Assembly: GCA_963818095.1 (NCBI GenBank)
Contig: CAWFRA010000027.1
Location: forward strand, 2,142-66,141
From: an uncultured delta proteobacterium
GTDB taxonomy: Bacteria; Desulfobacterota; Syntrophorhabdia; Syntrophorhabdales; WCHB1-27
Length of the DNA stretch: 64,000 nt
Direction of reading: 5' to 3'
Shown: positions 1 through 9,760 of the stretch, one piece after another
How positions within the stretch are numbered: position 1 is the stretch's first letter
How the letters are laid out: every line of letters starts with the position of its first letter
Made by a program: the position numbers and the translations under genes
The notes under the pieces: generated by a model
What the model saw: only the letters and a program-made list of their open reading frames with translations
Database searches by the model: none
Told to the model about the DNA's origin: nothing

Positions 1-514
1 CCTCGCAATAAGGAATGTTGAAAATTTTATAAGAAGGACCGGATGGCGAATCTATAATGAGAGCGGAGTCTTTATATGAAAATGCACCACGTCATGGCGG
101 ACTTATCATTCGAAATATGACAGAAACAAACGCTAACAGCAACGACTTCAGAAAAAACTTCTTCCATGCCCCGACATGTCCGACGGGCTGAATCGCAGCA
201 TTTACCCTTTTAACGCGCCACCCATGAATACCATACAGCCCCCTATTGCCGTCGCCAAAGGGAGGCGTAGAATGCCCCATTAGCGGCGGGTGGCTGTGGA
301 GAAGCGCCTCAAAGACGGGGCTGCCGAAAGCATAGAGGCATAACCGGAATGGGGTTGCTATGGAAAGTGCGAAAGAGATTTGACACTACTCGGCAAGCTC
401 ACGCGCCGCATGGCGCGATTCCACAGAGGCGCGAGGCCGAACCTGAAGCCATCCGATGCCTTTGTTGTTCGCCAACCGTTGACAGCCATCAGTCTTTTCC
501 CCCTTCCCCGCGCC

Positions 515-543
515 TTGCATTTCACCCGCCCTTCGCCTATAAT
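515..543 (+). promoter_or_regulatory. sigma70-like promoter upstream of rubredoxin/purC
   Basis: TTGCAT 515-520, 17-nt spacer, TATAAT 538-543. AGGAGG 567-572 and ATG 578 follow. Pattern match only. Confidence 0.45.
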
Positions 544-577
544 TCCTATGATCTAACAGCCCCATAAGGAGGACGCG

Positions 578-740
578 ATGGAGACTTACACATGCGTGGT
601 GTGCGGATACATCTACGATCCGAAAGAGGGCGATCCAGGCTCGGGCGTTGCGCCGGGCACGCCGTTCGACGACTTGCCCGATACGTGGGTGTGCCCGGTT
701 TGCGGCGCGCCGAAGACGGAATTCGAGAAGAACTGCATAA
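578..740 (+). CDS. rubredoxin (native stop apparently lost; as assembled it reads through into the purC frame)
   Basis: First ~52 aa of ORF 578..1417: [20 protein letters not shown]...[17 protein letters not shown], with the two CxxCG knuckles of rubredoxin. A TAA at 738-740 is one base out of frame, so the end coordinate is inferred. Confidence 0.75.
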
Positions 741-759
741 GCACCAGGAGGCATAAAGG

Positions 760-1665
760 ATGCTGCTCGAGACCAGAGCTGGCGGGCATGGGTACGCCCA
801 AAAAGGGCAAGGTGCGCGATATTTACGATCTGGGCGATGCGCTTCTGATCGTCGCGACCGACCGCGTCTCCGCCTTCGATGTCGTACTGCCGACAGGCAT
901 ACCGGACAAGGGGAAGGTGCTCAACCAGCTATCCCTTTTCTGGTTCGGGATGATGGGCGATTTGGTGAAGAACCACGTGCTGGAGTCGGACGCGGACAAA
1001 TATCCGGCCCCCCTGCTCAAGTACGCGGACGACCTGCGCGGCAGGAGCATGATAGTCAAAAAGGCGAAGCCTTTTACCGTGGAATGCGTTGTCAGGGGAT
1101 ACCTGGCGGGCTCCGGCTGGTCGGAGTACCGGGAGAAAGGGAGCGTCTGCGGGATCGGGCTGCCTTCCGGCCTGCGGGAGTCGGACCGCCTTCCCGAGCC
1201 GATCTTTACGCCTACGACGAAGGCCGACGAAGGGCACGACGAGGCGGTCTCCTTCGAGCAGTGCGCAACCATAGCAGGCCGGAAAGAGGCCGAGGAGCTA
1301 AAGGGGCTGACCATCGCAATCTACAAAAGGGCCGTCTCTTTTGCCGAGTCAAAAGGCATCATTATTGCCGACACTAAATTCGAGTTCGGCACAATCGGCA
1401 ATGCGAGACGATCTTAATCGACGAGGTCCTCACGCCGGATTCGTCGAGGTTCTGGTCCGCACGCGACTATGCGCCGGGCAAGGGACAGGACAGCTTTGAC
1501 AAGCAGATAGTCAGGGATTACCTGAATACATTGGACTGGGGGAAGACGTACCCGGCGCCCGAGTTGCCCCGCCCGATCGTCGAGAAGACGGCCGCGAGGT
1601 ACAGGGAGATTTTCGAGATATTGACGGGCGGTCCGCTAAAAGTGAGGGACGAAGGGCGGAAATAA
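760..1665 (+). pseudogene. purC: phosphoribosylaminoimidazole-succinocarboxamide (SAICAR) synthase, frameshifted as assembled
   Basis: ATG 760 (MLLET..). Frame change ~785 into [25 protein letters not shown]...ADTKFEFG. Second frame change ~1405 into [14 protein letters not shown]...DKQIVRDYL. Stop TAA 1663-1665. Confidence 0.85.
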
Positions 1666-1692
1666 GCCTGAAAAAGATAGCGGAAATGTCGC

Positions 1693-1723
1693 GGCACAGG
1701 GTCCTCATCGGGGACCCTGTGCC
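1693..1723. terminator. strong hairpin between convergent purC and hup (possible bidirectional terminator)
   Basis: Perfect 12-bp inverted repeat GGCACAGGGTCC (1693-1704) / GGACCCTGTGCC (1712-1723) with a 7-nt loop. Flanking T-tracts are weak. Confidence 0.5.
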
Positions 1724-1734
1724 GTTATTATCAC

Positions 1735-2007
1735 TTAAGACAGGGCGTCCTTCATTGCACTTGCCGGTGAAAATTTCGGTGCTTTTTTCGCCTGAATCTT
1801 GATTTCTTTCCCCGTGCGGGGGTTTCTGCCCGTGCGGGCCTTCCTCTCTACGATCGAAAACGTGCCGAAACCCGTGACCGTCACGCGATCGCCCTTCTTC
1901 AGAGAGTCCTTTACTGCCGCCACGAAGGCATCAATCGCTTTCTCTGCCTGGGTTTTCTTGATTGCCGCGCCTGCTGCCACTTTGTCGACAAGGTCTTTTT
2001 TCGTCAT
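1735..2007 (-). CDS. hup: HU family DNA-binding protein
   Basis: 90 aa. MTKKDLVDKV...VTGFGTFSIVERKARTGRNPRTGKEIKI is the HU/IHF signature. GGAGG-type SD precedes the ATG. Confidence 0.9.
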   Translation of the reverse strand: MTKKDLVDKVAAGAAIKKTQAEKAIDAFVAAVKDSLKKGDRVTVTGFGTFSIVERKARTGRNPRTGKEIKIQAKKAPKFSPASAMKDALS

Positions 2008-2472
2008 ATCCTTCCACCTCCTTTTTTATCCAGGACCGTCGTTTTCATTAGTAATTCAAGCCTCAAGGAAACATTGTACGTGTTTTTCAAGCGCAAGGGA
2101 ATAAAAATCTCACTTCTCCGTAGAAAAAAGATGGAAATTATCGAATGCCGGACTTATTTTATAATTGTCCACCAGGAAAGGAGAGCGTATTTTTTTCCGT
2201 CCGCCGGCCGAAAGCGCCCGGCAAGTACGGATTAAGGTCTTTTTTTGCCTTTATGCGAGGAATATGTTATCCTACAAGCTCGATATTCTCCTGTTTTCGC
2301 ACTTCCGTTCATCCGCACCAAAGCGATCGCAGACAGAGAGGTAGTCGTCGGTCGAGGATATATGCGGGGCGGTCGCTATTTTTTGCGTTCATTCGGGTTG
2401 CTAGGGCGGTCTCGGCTTGGGATGCCGGGCCGAAGATTAGAACGCTGAAAAGGCAGAAATGAGGTAAGCGCG

Positions 2473-2676
2473 GTGAACGTAGAGGTAAACGACGGAAACA
2501 TAGAGAAGGCAATCAAGGCGCTGAAGCGTATGCTCCAGAGAGAGGGCATCCTCAAGGAGATCAAGAGGAGGAGTTTTTACGAGAAACCCTCCGAGAGGGA
2601 GAGGCGCAAGCAGAGGGAAGCAAGGAAACGGCGTCTTCGGGCGGAAAGGAGAAAACATGCCTCCGGCAGGGATTAA
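2473..2676 (+). CDS. rpsU: 30S ribosomal protein S21
   Basis: 67 aa, GTG start. IEKAIKALKRMLQREGILKEIKRRSFYEKPSERERRK matches bS21. Confidence 0.9.
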   Translation: MNVEVNDGNIEKAIKALKRMLQREGILKEIKRRSFYEKPSERERRKQREARKRRLRAERRKHASGRD

Positions 2677-2690
2677 TCCGGGCGCACCTG

Positions 2691-3441
2691 TTAGGGGGCG
2701 CTATATCCCCCACCCCCCGATACCGTAATTGTCGCGCCCGGTGATGATACGAGGCTGTCGTCGGACGCAAGAAAAGCCGCAGTCTTTGCCACTTCTTCCG
2801 GCTCCCCCATCCTTCCGATCAGCGTTTCAGCTATGATAGGCGCCCTGTATTTCTCCGGCATCCGCTCCATGGGCGGGGTACGGATAATGCCGGGGACTAT
2901 CGCGTTGACCGTTACGCCGTCCGCGGCCGGCTTCGCGCGCGACGCGTCTTCGTCATGCCTATCACAGCGGCCTTTGCCGTGCAGTAAGCGGCCTCCCCTT
3001 TAGCACCTGTCAGCCCGTAAATCGAGCTGATGTTGATGATCCTGCCCCAGCCTGCTCCGCGCATCCCCGGCAAAAGGAGCTTCGTCAGCACGAAGGGGAC
3101 GAGCACGTGGATGCCGAGCACCTCGCCGAAGCCCTTCCGGTCCACCCTGGACGTCGTACCCGGCCGGTCGAAGCCTGCGTTGTTCACTAAAATGTCGATC
3201 AACCCTTCCCCCTTGATCGTCTCTATCAGGGTTTCCAGCCTCCCGGTGTGCATAAGGTCGATTACGTGGCCTTCGGCCTCGCCGCCTGCCGCCTTTATGC
3301 CTCGACTACCCCCGGCAAGGTCCGCCTGTTCTTATCCAGAAGGACGAGCCGCGCGCCTCTTTCCGCGAAGACTTGCGCGCACGCGCGGCCGATGCCCTGG
3401 CCCGCGCCCGTAATGAGCGCCGTATGTCCCGATAAATCCAT
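2691..3441 (-). pseudogene. short-chain dehydrogenase/reductase (FabG-like), frameshifted as assembled
   Basis: MDLSGHTALITGAGQGIGRA (TGxxxGxG), NNAG, S...YCTAKAAV (YxxxK), ...VTVNAIVPGIIRTP. Three frame segments with changes near 3295 and 2935. Stop codon at 2691-2693. Confidence 0.8.
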
Positions 3442-3695
3442 ATTTTGCCTCCCCGCTATTTTAAGCGAGAACGGCGGCCGATAGCAACATGATCGTAGGG
3501 GGCGGCCCGCCGCAGACATATTATTTCGCGGCGCGTCCGGGCGGCTGAGATTGCATACAATTGTCTCCCGTCGTATCGGGAAAAAAGACTTGTATTCGGG
3601 TTTGTTCCTGCCTAAAATAAAAGCGCAAACTGCATGGAGTTCATCAAGGCCTTCAGGGGAGGAAGGCTCGGATGGCTCTGTCTACGGGGAGATAA

Positions 3696-5494
3696 ATGCA
3701 AAGAAAAAAGCAGCCTGAAGCAGCGCGTAAAAGCAGCCAGTCCGCAGCCATTACGCTCCTGCCTGCCCATCCCTCTACCGGCTTGGCCGCCCTGCTTCGC
3801 GCTTACTACGCCACAGTCGAAGGGGCGGGCGAGACCTACGCGGACGAGCGCGTGAAACGCTGGTCGGCCGACCCTGCCGTCCGGGTATATCGGGCAAAAA
3901 AGGGCGGCGAGACCGTCGCTTATGTCGTCTACGACCCCCGCACCAGCATGATAGAGGAAGTCGTCGCGGCCCGCCCCGGTAAAGCCGAAGCGTATATGTC
4001 GGAAGCGATCGACGCGCTTATCGCAAAGGAAAGCCTGCTCGCCGCCGGGGTCCTGAAGACGGATATCCGCAAATACAAATGGCTGGTCGGCTACGGCTTC
4101 AGGCCCGTCCGCACGTATGTGGATCATGGCCGCTCCTTCATTAAGATGGACTTATCGACCGCCGTATACCTTGAGAACGCAAGGAACGGCAAGCCTGCCC
4201 GGCCCTACAAGCGGAAGGAGCGGGTCGCCATCGAAAGAATCGCAGACAGCCAGAGCCAGGCGGAGATCGCCGCGTCGCTCGGGCGGCTCATCGGCCGTCT
4301 CGGCGGCATGCGCCGGTTTGTCGCGCCGGGCGCACGCGTCGTGATAAAGCCGAACGTCGTTGCTGACCACGGGATGAAGGACGGCGTTTACACGGGCGGC
4401 ATCGTGACCGATATAAGGCTCGTCAGGGCGCTTATCGACCTGCTTTTGCCCGTTGCCGGCGAAATCATCGTTGCCGAAGGGTCGTCTATCAACCGCAGCG
4501 AGACTACGAAGATGTTCGCCCATTACGGGTACGAAAGGCTGATCGAGGCCGACCCCGCACGCGTCCGCCTCGTAGACCTCAACACGGATGCGCTCGTCGA
4601 GAAGCAGGTGCCTTTTGCCAAGAGGATGGCGTCGAGGAAAGTCCCGGTCACAATCGATCGGGCCGACGTCATCATCAGCCTGCCGGTCATGAAGATCCAT
4701 TTTGCGGCAGGCGTCTCAATGGCAGTCAAGAACCTGCAAGGGACGATGCCTCCGTTAGAGAAATACATGAGCCATTTCTTCGGGCTCTGGCAAAACCTCA
4801 TCAATATCCACCACCTCGTCAAGCCCGCCCTGACGATAATCGACGGCATCACGGGGCAGGAGGATTTCGGCCCGGTCTCGGGCATACCCAAGCCCATGAA
4901 CGTCCTCATAGGCGGGACGAACCCCGTCGCGGTAGATGCGACGGCCATGCGCGTCATGGGGCTCGACCCGCATCCTCGCCTCCCGTGCTGCTTTCCTACC
5001 TTCAGGGTTTGGGGCCGATAGAGCGCGAGCGGATCGAGGTGGCCGGCACAGCCATAGAAGACGTTGCGAGCAGCTTTAAGCCGCCCGCGATCGATATTTC
5101 GAGCGGCGCCGATTTCCGCATCCACGACGGGAGCGCATGCCCCGGCTGCAGGGGATACCTCCATTTCGTGCTGACCAAGCTCAGGAGGCCTGACCCTTCC
5201 GGCGGCACGCGGTCCCTCATCGACCGGCCTTTCGACCCGAAGGTTAACATTTTCCTCGGCCCGGAGACAGCCGCGCCTATCGACCCTGCGCAGACGAACG
5301 TCTTTATGGGCATCTGCCAGCAGCACAACGCGGGATCGGGAGCGCACCTGCGCGGCTGCCCCCCGCACGCAGAGGTAATAATGAACGGCATATTCCGCCT
5401 GTTCCCCGACGTGGCGAGACCGAAATACGCGGATGAGACGGAAGAGGCGAAACTGGAGAAGATGCTCAACGAAGTCCTTGGGATGGAGGGGTAG
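3696..5494 (+). pseudogene. DUF362-like protein with N-terminal acetyltransferase-like extension, frameshifted as assembled
   Basis: VIKPNVV...AEGSS...MKIHFAAGVSMAVKNLQG...IIDGITGQEDFGP recalls DUF362. Frame change ~4972 joins ORF 3696..5021 to ORF 4985..5494 (Cys-rich tail with CPGC). Confidence 0.65.
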
Positions 5495-5556
5495 CGAAAG
5501 CTTCGCCGGCTAAAAGCCGACTTATTCCGGGAGGCCAGCGCGGGGTACGAAACCGG

Positions 5557-6081
5557 TTAGCGGGAGGCGATCTGTCTGCCGATGACTGCGCCCGCTGCAA
5601 CGCCCAGGGCCAGTATGCCTATAGTTTTTCCCAGGCCGAGACCGCTCGCCGCAACGGCAAGCCTGCTTTCGATATAAGCGAGGTGGCGCCGCTCGTCTGC
5701 GTAATGCCTTTCGATCAGGACCATTATCCGCGCGGGGAAGTCCTCATTGGCCGCCTGCCTGTACTTGTAATTGACGTATTTCTCTCCCGTCGCGCAGGCA
5801 TCCAGAATGTCGCGGTCGCTCATCGCCCCTTCCGCTGCGGTCATCCCTTCGAGGAAGACGCCCCGCAGCGCCAGCGACATGTCGGGCGGCTCACCGCCTT
5901 CCCTTCTGATCGCCTCGCCGAAGTCCTTGACGTGCCTCGCGTTATCCTGCCGGAAGCGCAGCAGGGCCTCCTGCAGGTCGTGCGCCCTTACCGCTGCGGC
6001 GGCCTTGTCGTACGCAGACAGCGCGTCGTGGTCCAGCTTCATAAGGGAACTTAATCTGTCGATCAGATCACGGCTTTCCAT
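5557..6081 (-). CDS. ferritin-like (DUF2383/PA2169-type) protein with C-terminal TM helix
   Basis: Start taken at MESRDLIDRL (GGAGG SD upstream). Helical repeats with D/E/H residues (DHDALSAYD, ERHYADERRHLAYIE). C-terminal GILALGVAAGAVIG hydrophobic stretch. Family assignment tentative. Confidence 0.55.
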   Translation of the reverse strand: MESRDLIDRLSSLMKLDHDALSAYDKAAAAVRAHDLQEALLRFRQDNARHVKDFGEAIRREGGEPPDMSLALRGVFLEGMTAAEGAMSDRDILDACATGEKYVNYKYRQAANEDFPARIMVLIERHYADERRHLAYIESRLAVAASGLGLGKTIGILALGVAAGAVIGRQIASR

Positions 6082-6192
6082 GGTTACCTCCCCGACCGTT
6101 CTTGGGCTTTTCGTTTCCGAAACATAGTGTCTCCGCTGCATGAAATCAAGGAGTGGGAGGTGCGCTCCTCCGGCCGCACGTATATGAGCGGC

Positions 6193-6220
6193 TTGACTTT
6201 GGCGTATTTTTGACTATAAT
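6193..6220 (+). promoter_or_regulatory. near-consensus sigma70 promoter dedicated to rplC
   Basis: TTGACT 6193-6198, 16-nt spacer, TATAAT 6215-6220. GGAGG 6231-6235, ATG 6242. Confidence 0.6.
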
Positions 6221-6241
6221 AGTACTCTTCGGAGGTGTAAG

Positions 6242-6887
6242 ATGGCCATCGGGTTGCTCGGTAAGAAGTTGGGAATGACGCAGATTTTCGGCGAAAACGG
6301 CGTCATGATCCCCGTAACGGTTGTAAAGACAGGCCCCTGCCTGGTCGTGCAGAAGAAGAGCGTCGAGAGCGACGGCTACAGCGCCGTGCAGCTCGGTTTC
6401 GGCGAGATCGCGAAAGTTTCCAGAGCCAATAAGCCCCGTACGGGCCATTTCAAGAAAAGCAGGCCTCCCTCCGATGGTAAGGCTGAAGGAATTCAGGGTA
6501 AACGGCGACGAGCTGGACGGGTTCGAGGCGGGCAGCGAGGTGCCCATCGACCTGTTCAAGCCGGGTGATTTTGTCGATGTCACGGGCGTCTCTATTGGAA
6601 AGGGGACCGCGGGCGTAATAAAGAGGCACAAATTCTCGGGCGCACCGGGAGGCCACGGGACGCATGAATTTTTCCGCCACGGCGGATCGATAGGTAATAA
6701 CACGACCCCCGGCAGGACCCTGAAAGGCCGGAAGATGGCGGGCCGCATGGGCAACCGGAAAGTCACGGTGCAGAGCCTTAAGGTGGTGGACGTGCGCGGC
6801 GACACGAACCTGGTAATGATCCGCGGCGCAGTGCCGGGCCCAAGGAACGGCTACCTCATTCTGAAAAAGGCGGTCAAGAGGGCGTAA
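6242..6887 (+). pseudogene. rplC: 50S ribosomal protein L3, one frameshift as assembled; located outside the S10 operon
   Basis: [28 protein letters not shown]... Frame change ~6455 (A-run) into ...VRLKEFRV...GKGTAGVIKRHKFSGAPGGHG...GRMGNRKVTVQSLKVV. Confidence 0.9.
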
Positions 6888-6920
6888 GGCTACCCACGTA
6901 AGCGAATCCGATTTCAAAAG

Positions 6921-6954
6921 TCCCCTGTATCCCAAGGACGCAGGGGATTTTTTT
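6921..6954 (+). terminator. rho-independent terminator after rplC
   Basis: TCCCCTG (6921-6927) / CAGGGGA (6941-6947) stem, 13-nt loop, then T7 tract 6948-6954. Confidence 0.75.
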
Positions 6955-7312
6955 GTGTGGGAGGGTCTTTTTCACTTTCCTTCCCTGTGCTACACTATGG
7001 GATGTTTGTCTGCGCCAAGGAGCCTGCAGCTTGATCGCGTTTTTCTGGCTTTTCCGGTTGTCCGAGAAAGACAAATACGAGATCACAAGCTGGGCCTTCA
7101 GCTACTTCATGAAGAGCAGCTTTACCATATCGGACGCCGTCCGCGAGGCGGTCAAGAGGGTGAGGCCGCGGAAGGTCGCAAAAGACGGTTCCCTGAAGCT
7201 CTCTAAAGCGGACCTGCTGGAATTGCAGCTCAGGGTCAAGAACATGCTTTGAGAAAGGGAGCCGTATGCTTGGAAAATGGCGTCTGAAGCACAAAGATTA
7301 AAGGCTGGGAAT

Positions 7313-8815
7313 ATGGCGAAGAAGAGAGGATCGGGTGTCCTGCTTCATATCACGTCGCTTCCCTCGCCGTTCGGTGTCGGAGACCTCGGCCCCTCGGCTT
7401 ACAGGTTCGCTGATTTTCTTGCGGACACGCGGCAGAGTTACTGGCAGATCCTGCCGCTCAACCCGACGTCTCCTGTCTACGGCAATTCTCCTTACAGCAG
7501 CACTTCCACGTTTGCGGGCAATACGCTCCTCATAAGCCCGCAGATGCTCGTAACGGACGGCTTCATATCCGAAGAAGAGTTAGAGCCGAGACCGGTGTTT
7601 CCGGAAGGCAGGTGCGACTACGAGGGGGCCGCGGCGTATAAAGAACGCCTTCTCGACGCAGCTTACGACGGCTTCTTGAAGTCCGGCCGCGACTTCGATG
7701 GGTTTACGCAGTTTTGCGAAGACCAGGCCTCCTGGCTGGACACATACACGCTATTCATCGCGATCAAAGGCCGCATGGAAGGGCGCTCGTTCTGCGACTG
7801 GCCGCCCGAGCTGCGCGACCGCGTCCCGGAGGCGATGGCCGCCGCGCGCGCAGAATCGGCGTCAGCCATGGAGAGCGAAAAATTCCGGCAGTACCTGTTC
7901 TTCCGGCAGTGGACGGCACTAAAGACATTCTGCAACGAGAGGGGCATACAGCTCATAGGCGACATCCCGATATACGTGAGCTACGATAGCGCGGACGTCT
8001 GGTCCAATCCGGGCATTTTCAAGCTGGGCCCGGACAAAAAGCCGGTATCCGTCGGCGGCGTCCCGCCCGACTATTTCAGCTCGACAGGCCAACTCTGGGG
8101 CAACCCGGTCTACAACTGGGACATCCTGCGGCAGACAGGCTACGCCTGGTGGATCGAGAGGCTCGAGCATACGCTTACACTCCTGGACGTAGTCAGGGTC
8201 GATCACTTCCGGGGTCTCGTCAAGTTCTGGGAGGTGCCTGCGAGCGAAAAGAATGCAGTCAACGGGTGGTGGGCCGACGTCCCGGCGGGCGATTTCTTCG
8301 GCCACCTGGCGAAACGCTTCTTCGACCTCCCCATGATTGCCGAGGACCTGGGCATCATTACGCCCGACGTGAGGGAGGTCATAAAGGAATGGGGCTTCCC
8401 CGGCATGAAGGTGCTTCTCTTCGCGTTCGGCGAAGACAACCCGATGCACATCTACCTGCCCCATACATACGAAAGAAATTACGTGGTCTACACGGGGACC
8501 CACGACAATAACACCGCCCGCGGCTGGTTCGATAACGACGCCAGGCCGGACGAGAAGGAGCGCCTTGCCCGGTACCTGGGCAAGGAGCCGAGACCCGAAG
8601 ACGTGCACTGGGACCTGGTGAGGCTCGCCATGGCCTCTATTGCGGATATGGCTGTCTTCCCCTTCCAGGACATTCTCGGCCTGGGCGGGGAGGCGCAGAT
8701 GAACCGGCCTTCCGTGGCCTTGGGCAACTGGGGCTGGAGGTTTGCGCCCGATGCACTCACCGATGAGATTGCAGACAGGCTCCGCTCGCTTACAATTACA
8801 TATGGAAGGATGTAA
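7313..8815 (+). CDS. malQ: 4-alpha-glucanotransferase (amylomaltase, GH77)
   Basis: RGSGVLLHITSLPSPFGVGDLG..., YWQILPLNP, GVPPDYFS..GQLWGNPVYNW, VDHFRG. ATG 7313 preferred over 7277. Confidence 0.9.
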   Translation: MAKKRGSGVLLHITSLPSPFGVGDLGPSAYRFADFLADTRQSYWQILPLNPTSPVYGNSPYSSTSTFAGNTLLISPQMLVTDGFISEEELEPRPVFPEGRCDYEGAAAYKERLLDAAYDGFLKSGRDFDGFTQFCEDQASWLDTYTLFIAIKGRMEGRSFCDWPPELRDRVPEAMAAARAESASAMESEKFRQYLFFRQWTALKTFCNERGIQLIGDIPIYVSYDSADVWSNPGIFKLGPDKKPVSVGGVPPDYFSSTGQLWGNPVYNWDILRQTGYAWWIERLEHTLTLLDVVRVDHFRGLVKFWEVPASEKNAVNGWWADVPAGDFFGHLAKRFFDLPMIAEDLGIITPDVREVIKEWGFPGMKVLLFAFGEDNPMHIYLPHTYERNYVVYTGTHDNNTARGWFDNDARPDEKERLARYLGKEPRPEDVHWDLVRLAMASIADMAVFPFQDILGLGGEAQMNRPSVALGNWGWRFAPDALTDEIADRLRSLTITYGRM

Positions 8816-8891
8816 TATACCGCCGGCATAAGGGAAGCCCGTGGGGCGACCGGCAAACATAGCCCGGGAGTATTGCACTTAAGGAGGATGC

Positions 8892-9753
8892 ATGAAAAGT
8901 CGGCGTCGGAATGGAATAGCAATGGCTCTCTCTGTGTTAATGGTTGTCGCCCTCGCCGGGGTGCTTACCCTGGCTCCCAGGGCCCGCGGCTGCGGATAAC
9001 GCCATGGAGTCCCGCCATCTCGTCGAGAAGGCGCAGCAGACGCTGGAGAATTTCTCTACCGCGCCTGAGATGGAGGGTTTTCGGAGCATGATAAAGAATG
9101 CCCGAGGCATCTTCATCGCCCCCCAGATCCTTAAAGGGGCGTTTATAGTGGGTGCGGCAGGCGGCAGCGGCGTTCTGATCGCGCGTGACAGCCTGACGGG
9201 CCGCTGGAAGGGCCCTGCTTTCTATACGATCGGAGAGGGCAGCTTCGGTTTCCAGATAGGCGGCCAGGCCTCGGAAGTTGTGCTCCTCATCATGACGGAG
9301 CGCGGGATAAGCTCACTCATGGAGAGCAGCGTCAAGCTGGGTGCGGACATAGGTGTGGCTGCGGGACCGGTCGGCGTAGGTGCGGCGGCCTCGACTGCTA
9401 ACCTGAGCGCGGACATCGTCAGCTTCTCGCGGTCGAAAGGGCTTTACGGCGGCATATCGGTCGACGGGGCGATCGTCAAGACGAGGAGCGGCTGGAACAA
9501 CGCGTATTACCGCGGTATCGTCACGCCCACCGATATTTTCAGGAAGCCGACAGTGAAAAACAGGCATTCGATCAGCCTGCTCAAAGAGGCAGCCAAGCTC
9601 GCCGGAGGCGGAGAGCCTATAGCCGCAGATTTCCCGCCGGTCGGAGGGACGGGTCAGCCGGCCCAGGCTGCGTCGCCGGAGGGGCAGATGCCGCCTCCCG
9701 GCGAGGCCCAGGGCCCGCCCGCGAATGCGGGCGGAGAAACGAGCGGCGAGTAA
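8892..9753 (+). pseudogene. SYLF (Ysc84/DUF500) lipid-binding domain protein with signal peptide, frameshifted as assembled
   Basis: ATG 8892 gives MKSRRRNGIAMALSVLMVVALAGVLTLA (signal peptide). Frame change ~8965 into ORF 8944..9753 with GAFIVGAAGGSGVLIARD...GGQASEVVLLIM...GADIGVAAGPVG (SYLF pattern). Confidence 0.7.
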
Positions 9754-9760
9754 AAGCAGA

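Noticed and set aside
200-430. GC-rich stretch inspected for RNase P, tmRNA, SRP RNA, cobalamin or TPP riboswitch signatures
   Set aside because: None of the conserved core motifs (for example GAGGAAAGUCC, the B12 box, or a tRNA-like 3' end) is present. Only a short CGCGCC-GCAT-GGCGCG hairpin near 405-420.
6953-7252. 99-aa ORF between the rplC terminator and malQ (possible 47-64-aa protein ...SDAVREAVKRVRPRKVAKDGSLKLSKADLLELQLRVKNML)
   Set aside because: The C-terminal part looks protein-like, but I see no SD for ATG 7109, the N-terminal part overlaps the terminator T-tract, and I recognise no family. The support is not enough to call a gene.
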